This document shows positions 24,896 to 30,512 of a stretch of 30,512 bases of DNA, one piece after another. The stretch spans positions 1 to 30,512 of the forward strand of contig PWVO01000017.1 of the NCBI GenBank assembly GCA_003561825.1. Direction: 5' to 3'. Origin of the DNA: Candidatus Woesearchaeota archaeon. GTDB lineage: Archaea > Nanobdellota > Nanobdellia > Woesearchaeales > CG1-02-33-12. The notes under the pieces are model-generated. The model ran no database searches. It was not told the origin of the DNA and saw nothing but the letters and a program-made list of their open reading frames with translations. Within the stretch, counting starts at the first letter, position 1. Every line of letters begins with the position of its first letter. The translations under genes and the position numbers were made by a program.

Positions 24896-27800
24896 TGTTA
24901 ACAGGAAACCAAAAAGAGGTATTTACAAGAAGATACGTTAGGAAAGACGCACAAGGAAATCCTATAGAAACAGTAGAAGATGTATTCCACAGAGTCGCAC
25001 TCAACGTAGGTATAGTAGAAAGACAGTGGCACGACGACAATGAAGTAGAAAAAACAATTAAAGACTTCGAGTCCATGCTATCCGACATGGAATTCCTCCC
25101 CAATTCCCCAACGTGGACAGGCGCAGGGACTCCACTAGGTTTACTTTCAGCATGCTTTGTGCTTCCAGTAGAAGACGACATGGGACGCAAGCGCGGTGGC
25201 ATCTTTGACACGCTTAAAGATATGGCATTAATATTCCAGACCGGAGGAGGTATAGGACTATCATTAAGCAAGCTACGACCAGATGGTGCATACATCAGCA
25301 CGTCAGGCGGTAAGGCTACAGGGCCAGTAGGATTTCTAAAAGTATTCGATAAAGCATCAGAAGTGATTTCGCAGGGAGGATGCTTAACACCAGATACTCT
25401 AGTATTTACTGATAAGGGCATGCTACGCCTTGACGAGATCATTCCTAACCCTAAAGAGGGATGGGGCAATCACAGTATAAAGGTTGCCACTGATGAAGGT
25501 GTAAAACGATCTCCAGCATTCTATAACAATGGTATATCCAAGACCCTCAAAGTTTACACCAATTCGGGTATCAGTATCGCGGGAACGCCAGACCACAAAG
25601 TCAAATTGATGACTAAAAACGGTCTCCTGTGGAAAGAGATAAAGCATCTGCAAAAGGGCGATTACATAGCGATAAAGCTGGGAGAGCACACAGGGCACAA
25701 GCAAGAGCTAGATCATCCAACTATAACTCACCACAACCAAATCGAGCCCACCTTCCCAAATACACTGAACAAAGACCTAGCATTCTTTCTAGGCTACTTA
25801 ACCGGAAATGGATTCGTCGCATCTAATGAAGGTGATTACAGAGTGGGTGTCACAGTTCCTCATAAATCATACCTAATGAAAGAGATGCCACGGCTTATAA
25901 CATCCCTGTTCAGCGTACCAGTCTATCGCAGTGTGGACAAGGGCAATAGCTCCACAACCCTTATCGTTCACAATCGTGCTCTCAAAGAGTTTCTTGAAAT
26001 GAATGACTTGGATAAAAAGGACAGTCTCACAGCCCGCATCCCCAAGAAGATACGCATGAGTCCAAAGAGTATCTTAGGTGTATACCTGCAAGGACTGTTT
26101 GAAGCTGACGGGTCTTTATGTCATGGATACCCACAGCTAAATACATCGTCACACAGACTTGCCAATGAGATAGCTACAATGCTAATTGGCCTCGGGTGCC
26201 CCGTAAACATCAGGGCTCGCCAGCCATCTAAAAACCGTTGGGGTGACAGTACATCCTATTTTGTTAGGCCGAAATCACACATTGGACTTAATTCTTACAG
26301 AAAGTATGTTCCCTGCCACAAAGAATCACGTTTTATGGCAGTCGAGGATCATAAGCCAGATCTCTCCAGAGAGCAGTCTTACCGCCTGCCATATCCGAAT
26401 CAGTGGATAGGTAAAGTCCTAAACCTGGTAACACGAAAAGAGTACCCACGTCTTAGAAAGAGTTTGCTGCGGTACAGAAGGGGCAGTAGAAACCTTACTG
26501 TATCTGCATATAAGTCGCTGTCGCAAGACTATGAGGTCTTTAGAAATAACGCAATGCCAGTAGATAATATCTGGTTTGTTGAGGTTACAAAAGTGGAGCC
26601 CGCTGGCGAGTCACTGACACTAGATCTGGAGGTTGAAGACAATCATACGTATTTAGCCAATGGCATCATAACACATAACCCTCGCCGGGGCGCTGGCATG
26701 GCAGTACTCCGTTACGACCATCCTGACATCTTAGATTTTATCACTTGCAAACAGTCCGAAAACGACATCACAAACTTTAACATTTCAGTAGCAGTAGACA
26801 ATGATTTCATGACAGCGGTTAAAGAAGACTTAGAGATAGCATTAATAAACCCCCAGGACGGTAAGGTCTGGGATAATATCAGTGCTAGATCTATAATGAA
26901 CGCTATAACCTCTAATGCTGTCAACAATGGCGAACCAGGGCTTTTATTTTTAGACAGAGCAAATGAAGACAACCCATGCCCGTCACTAGGCAGTTATCAT
27001 GCTACAAACCCTTGCGGTGAGCAGTTTCTCAAACCCTATCAAAACTGCTGCTTAGGTACAATCAACTTAGTCAAACATCTCGACTCGAACAACAAAATAA
27101 ATTACGAGAAACTAAACAGAACAATTAAGCTAGGAGTCCGCTTTCTCGACGATGTTATTGACGCTAACAAATACATCAAATCCATACCCGAACTAGAAGA
27201 GAAAGCAAAGGAAACACGCAGAATCGGCCTCGGTATCACAGGACTTGCAGACGTTCTTTACCTTAACAATATAAGATATGGCAGTGAAGAAGCTGTAAGT
27301 TTTATAACGAATTTAATGATGGATATAAGAGCTACAGCAATAGAGACGAGTGTTGAGTTAGCACAAGTACGAGGGCCATTTCCTGCATTTGAAGAAAGTA
27401 TATACGTAACAGATGAATGGTATAAAAACATCAACAAAAAAGGCCCTTTTGAATACTTAAGATCTCATTTTACGAAAATAGGAATCCGTAATGCCACACA
27501 GCTCACAATAGCCCCGACAGGAACGAGGTCAACTATCGCTGGTGTAGAAGGTTATGGATGCGAACCTGTATTTGCCCTTGCATACACCAGAATGCTAGTA
27601 GAACGAGAAGGCGACGTAGAACTCCAATATACTAGCCCATTGTTTAAGCAAGCATTAATTGATGAAGGCATAGAAGGAAATGAGTTAGAACGCATCCTCA
27701 ACGACGTTTCCAAGACTGGCAGCTGTCAAGGCGTAGAAGGCATACCTCAACACATCAAAGATGTTTATGTTGTATCACGCGATATAACTCCTAAAGAACA

Positions 27801-28500
27801 TGTAGACATGCAGGCTGCAGCACAATCGTGGATAGATAGCAGTATATCGAAGACTATCAACTGTCCCGAAGGTACAACAAAAGAAGATATAGAAGAAATA
27901 TTTAATTACGCTTGGCAAAAGAGATGCAAGGGGATTACCGTTTACGTAGCCAACTCGAGAGAAAAAACAGTGCTACAAACAAATAACGAAAAAGACGAAG
28001 GCCCCATAAATAACGTCGAAACACTATACGAACGTCCATTAGAGCTTACTGGAAAAACTATACGCCAACCAACACCATTAGGTACAGCTTTCGTTACACT
28101 AAACTACAATGAAGAAGACGAACCATTCGAGGTCTTCGTAAACATTGGTCGCGCAGGTTCTGACGTATCCGCTGTCGCCGAAGGACTTGGCCGACTAATA
28201 TCCCTTATCCTAAGAATCCCGCCAAACATGGATTCCAAGTCAAGACTCAAGCACGTCGTAGAACAGCTGAAAGGCATAGGCGGTGGAAACCCATTAGGAT
28301 TCGGCAAGAACCGCATCAGAAGCCTGCCTGATGGTGTAGCAGAGGTCTTAGGGAAACAACTAGGTATTATCGACTACAACGGTTGTGGGTGCGACGAGAC
28401 ATTAGAAACACTAGACCTTTGCCCAGAATGCGGCAACGCTTCACTAATAACATCAGAGGGATGTAGCCACTGTAAGCTATGCGGATTTAACAAGTGCTAA
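24895..28500 (+). CDS. nrdJ: Adenosylcobalamin-dependent (class II) ribonucleotide reductase with intein
   Basis: PNSPT, SACFV, TNPCGEQ, NCCLGTINL, IAPTG, ISKTIN, TSCPD-like C-terminal domain and CPECG…CKLC. Confidence 0.92.
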   Translation: MLTGNQKEVFTRRYVRKDAQGNPIETVEDVFHRVALNVGIVERQWHDDNEVEKTIKDFESMLSDMEFLPNSPTWTGAGTPLGLLSACFVLPVEDDMGRKRGGIFDTLKDMALIFQTGGGIGLSLSKLRPDGAYISTSGGKATGPVGFLKVFDKASEVISQGGCLTPDTLVFTDKGMLRLDEIIPNPKEGWGNHSIKVATDEGVKRSPAFYNNGISKTLKVYTNSGISIAGTPDHKVKLMTKNGLLWKEIKHLQKGDYIAIKLGEHTGHKQELDHPTITHHNQIEPTFPNTLNKDLAFFLGYLTGNGFVASNEGDYRVGVTVPHKSYLMKEMPRLITSLFSVPVYRSVDKGNSSTTLIVHNRALKEFLEMNDLDKKDSLTARIPKKIRMSPKSILGVYLQGLFEADGSLCHGYPQLNTSSHRLANEIATMLIGLGCPVNIRARQPSKNRWGDSTSYFVRPKSHIGLNSYRKYVPCHKESRFMAVEDHKPDLSREQSYRLPYPNQWIGKVLNLVTRKEYPRLRKSLLRYRRGSRNLTVSAYKSLSQDYEVFRNNAMPVDNIWFVEVTKVEPAGESLTLDLEVEDNHTYLANGIITHNPRRGAGMAVLRYDHPDILDFITCKQSENDITNFNISVAVDNDFMTAVKEDLEIALINPQDGKVWDNISARSIMNAITSNAVNNGEPGLLFLDRANEDNPCPSLGSYHATNPCGEQFLKPYQNCCLGTINLVKHLDSNNKINYEKLNRTIKLGVRFLDDVIDANKYIKSIPELEEKAKETRRIGLGITGLADVLYLNNIRYGSEEAVSFITNLMMDIRATAIETSVELAQVRGPFPAFEESIYVTDEWYKNINKKGPFEYLRSHFTKIGIRNATQLTIAPTGTRSTIAGVEGYGCEPVFALAYTRMLVEREGDVELQYTSPLFKQALIDEGIEGNELERILNDVSKTGSCQGVEGIPQHIKDVYVVSRDITPKEHVDMQAAAQSWIDSSISKTINCPEGTTKEDIEEIFNYAWQKRCKGITVYVANSREKTVLQTNNEKDEGPINNVETLYERPLELTGKTIRQPTPLGTAFVTLNYNEEDEPFEVFVNIGRAGSDVSAVAEGLGRLISLILRIPPNMDSKSRLKHVVEQLKGIGGGNPLGFGKNRIRSLPDGVAEVLGKQLGIIDYNGCGCDETLETLDLCPECGNASLITSEGCSHCKLCGFNKC
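25381..26679 (+). mobile_element. Intein (433 aa) with a LAGLIDADG endonuclease; +1 residue is Pro
   Basis: QGG|CLTPDT…YLANGIITHN|PRRGA; LAGLIDADG-like blocks FFLGYLTGNG and YLQGLFEADG. Confidence 0.93.
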
Positions 28501-28512
28501 AGGAAAAACAAA

Positions 28513-28884
28513 TTGAAACCAAAAGAATGTAATACGATTATGAAGCAGTTCCATGATCTTGAGAAAGAGATAGCTTCAACAAAAGGATTAGAGTACGCGA
28601 GCGATCAAGACAGATTACAGAACTTTAAGATTATAGCAGACCTAATCAACAAAGCGGTTCCATTACATACCCAATGTCCTTCATGTAAGAGGCAGATAGA
28701 ATTCAAGATTACGCCATTAATAGTACTAGCCATCTATTATATGAAGCACACGTTGGCATTTCTAGATTTCATAGGGCGTGGAAACTCACTGTCCGAAAGT
28801 CTAAAGAGTCGCGTCCTAGACATCCGAGTTTACTCTATGTTAGCATATTGCTTAGCGAGGGAGCATGAGCAAGATAACGATTAG
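28513..28884 (+). CDS. Nucleotide-modification-associated / MazG-like helical protein (DUF1599-like)
   Basis: KGLEYA…DRLQNFK…KH…ESLKSRVLDIRVY; next to nrdJ. Confidence 0.55.
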   Translation: MKPKECNTIMKQFHDLEKEIASTKGLEYASDQDRLQNFKIIADLINKAVPLHTQCPSCKRQIEFKITPLIVLAIYYMKHTLAFLDFIGRGNSLSESLKSRVLDIRVYSMLAYCLAREHEQDND

Positions 28885-29047
28885 TGAGTTTGCACAAGAC
28901 CTATATAACGATATTACGATATTCAAAATAATGATAGTTAAGAACAATGAGTATGACGCAAATGTAAAAAAGGCTAGACATCATTGGATGGACGAGTTCC
29001 TTTCCTCTATCGAGTGGCTAGACATAGACGAAGACGAAAATGGATGA
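28865..29047 (+). CDS. Hypothetical protein
   Basis: GGGAG SD, overlapping. Confidence 0.55.
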   Translation: MSKITISEFAQDLYNDITIFKIMIVKNNEYDANVKKARHHWMDEFLSSIEWLDIDEDENG

Positions 29048-29567
29048 AGCGATAGTACGTGCAAAGATAACCAGGATGCTAAAAGACAGCAATCACGTAA
29101 GCATCACACAGACTGACGCTGCTAAATGCCCACAATGCGGGAGGATCATATACCCAGCACCTGGTAGGCCTGATGTGATATGCGACCCGAAGTTTGTCAT
29201 AGAGGTAAAAACCTTACGACCAAATGAGAAATCCTTCCCTTTCAGTCGTATAGAAGACCATCAGCGCCAATGGCTAACATGGTTTATAACAAACCCAGAA
29301 CGATTTAGTTACTTAGCACTCGGCATCATCCGTGGCCATGGCTCATTTGAAATGCTAGACCATCTATACATCGTGCCCTGGCAAATATGGCTAAGAACTG
29401 AAAAGAAAATCAGAAAGTACCAGAAGTCAATACCCTTTGTAGCAGGGAAAGGATTTAGGAAAGAATTACAAGAAAATAACCTAGACATAAAACATCTATT
29501 TGAACAATACGAACTAAACTTGGACATGGGCCTCATAAGCCCCTTAGTTAAAGGAGAACTAAGATGA
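29040..29567 (+). CDS. PD-(D/E)xK nuclease, probable Holliday-junction resolvase (RecU/Hjc/VRR-NUC-like)
   Basis: GRPDV…IEVKT…IEDHQRQWL. Confidence 0.7.
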   Translation: MDEAIVRAKITRMLKDSNHVSITQTDAAKCPQCGRIIYPAPGRPDVICDPKFVIEVKTLRPNEKSFPFSRIEDHQRQWLTWFITNPERFSYLALGIIRGHGSFEMLDHLYIVPWQIWLRTEKKIRKYQKSIPFVAGKGFRKELQENNLDIKHLFEQYELNLDMGLISPLVKGELR

Positions 29568-29971
29568 GTTACACAGCAGAAGAAATCGAAGTAAGACTTA
29601 ATGACGAGGTACAAAAAGCAGAAGCTTATAGAATGATCTATAAACTCCTACGATCCGAATTCCCCAAGACTGTTCCACATAGTGTATCAATGGAATGTAT
29701 TCAGATGTGTCCATACACAGCATTACGGCTCGCAATAAAGTTTGAAGACGAGTGGTATACATCTTGGTCATTCTCAAAAGCAAATCTTTGGGAAGACGAG
29801 TTCAACAAGAGTTTCGGATTAAAATTGTGCCTACACAGATGTATCCGAAACATCGCCAAATACATTGCCGAAGGAAAGAGTAGCGCGCCAATCAGTTACC
29901 TTACCCTACTATCCGAGCACAATCCAGAGGAAGACGACATGATTTCTGTTCACGAAGAGCACAAGTCGTAG
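29564..29971 (+). CDS. Hypothetical protein
   Basis: AAGGAG SD; ATGA overlap. Confidence 0.65.
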   Translation: MSYTAEEIEVRLNDEVQKAEAYRMIYKLLRSEFPKTVPHSVSMECIQMCPYTALRLAIKFEDEWYTSWSFSKANLWEDEFNKSFGLKLCLHRCIRNIAKYIAEGKSSAPISYLTLLSEHNPEEDDMISVHEEHKS

Positions 29972-30062
29972 TGACAAATGTCACTATAGGTACCACTAAT
30001 GACAAATGTCACGTCAATAGGTGTACTATGCACTGTGCAAGGGGTGGGGATCATGGTATAAT
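29972..30062 (+). promoter_or_regulatory. Promoter with two TGACAAATGTCA boxes and TGGTATAAT driving the ncRNA cluster
   Basis: Boxes at 29972 and 30000; TATAAT at 30057-30062. Confidence 0.75.
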
Positions 30063-30092
30063 AGGTGCAAGTTAGGCGATACGCCTAGCTGA

Positions 30093-30247
30093 GTCCAGGG
30101 AAAGTTTCGGGGCCTGCCCCTCAAGAAAGCATGACCCCTTTATTGAACAGACCCCGAAACATTCCGATTGTCAATATTTGCATAACAGCCGGCGATGATC
30201 GGTTATCTGGTTATACATTATTGAGGTTCAAACCCTCGCCCCTGGAC
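30093..30247 (+). ncRNA. Degenerate tRNA-mimic RNA 1 (Y-RNA-like)
   Basis: GTCCAGGG/CCCTGGAC acceptor-like stem, T arm TGAGG-TTCAAAC-CCTCG, stem CCGATTGTC/GATGATCGG, expanded D-position stem GTTTCGGGG/CCCCGAAAC. Confidence 0.5.
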
Positions 30248-30267
30248 ATAGCAGTAAAAGAAGCAAA

Positions 30268-30330
30268 GTTGGGCCGTGGTGCGAGCCTTATCCTGATAAG
30301 ATGATCGGCTTGTGCGAAACCTTGCCCAGC
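30268..30330 (+). ncRNA. Structured element between the tRNA mimics
   Basis: GTTGGGC/GCCCAGC closing stem, AGCC/GGCT inner stem, two TGCGA loops, third GATGATCGG copy. Confidence 0.35.
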
Positions 30331-30338
30331 ATTAACAA

Positions 30339-30462
30339 CCCAGGGTAGCTCAGTTGGGAGAGCGCTAAACCCCGATTATCACTAATTACCTAAAATGGGT
30401 CGCAGATGATCGGTTATCCTATGTGGAAGGAGAGGTCGTGGGTTCGAGTCCCACCCCTGGGT
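30339..30462 (+). ncRNA. tRNA-like RNA 2 with a 51-nt structured insertion in the anticodon stem (Y-RNA/YrlA-like tRNA mimic)
   Basis: CCCAGGG/CCCTGGG acceptor, GCTC/GAGC D arm, GTGGG-TTCGAGT-CCCAC T arm; removing 30367-30417 gives a 73-nt cloverleaf with a GTG anticodon loop. Confidence 0.7.
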
Positions 30463-30512
30463 ATGAGAGCACAGCAGTATCGTTGTTCAGTACTAGTCAA
30501 GAATAACAAGAT

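Noticed and set aside
294-29614. Most minus-strand ORFs in the track (e.g. 2113-2541, 5808-6335, 12114-12551, 14306-14743, 24870-25469)
   Set aside because: Antisense shadows of well-supported + strand genes, with no SD or motifs
30367-30417. Group I or archaeal BHB intron
   Set aside because: Too short for group I, not in the anticodon loop, and no clear bulge-helix-bulge at the junctions
30339-30462. Ordinary tRNA-His(GTG)
   Set aside because: 51-nt insertion, A32, no G-1/C73 identity pair and no CCA; reported as a tRNA mimic
1-30512. Alternative genetic code
   Set aside because: Known enzymes (NrdJ, MTases, E1, ligase) are full length under code 11 and use all three stop codons

Overview
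A gene-dense, almost entirely + strand segment of a large dsDNA phage or phage-like element; no capsid, tail or integrase genes are visible. The host may be Chloroflexota, a weak inference from the NrdJ sequence style. 1-10.5 kb: many short hypothetical ORFs separated by long hairpins, including an RNAP alpha-CTD-like protein, a PC4-like ssDNA-binding protein, an RHH protein and one inverted TerS-like gene. 10.6-13.7 kb: a complete ubiquitin-like conjugation cassette (Ubl ending in Gly, E2-like protein fused to a zinc-finger array, JAB/MPN+ protease, ThiF/E1). JAB and E1 overlap by 314 nt, and the JAB zinc ribbon is encoded inside a 66-codon in-frame insertion of E1. Downstream are a pseudo-receiver LuxR regulator, a RuvB-like ATPase, an Rnl2-like RNA ligase, an SLT transglycosylase, a MoxR AAA and vWA/peptidase pair, two beta-class DNA methyltransferases, a class II RNR whose LAGLIDADG intein has a non-canonical Pro at +1, and a PD-(D/E)xK nuclease. 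Non-coding highlights: a 178-bp concentric palindrome at a G/C-skew switch (centre 21963), eight RTGACA-NN-TGTCAY boxes with a conserved distance to TATAAT at three promoters, and tRNA-mimic (Y-RNA-like) ncRNAs at the right end.
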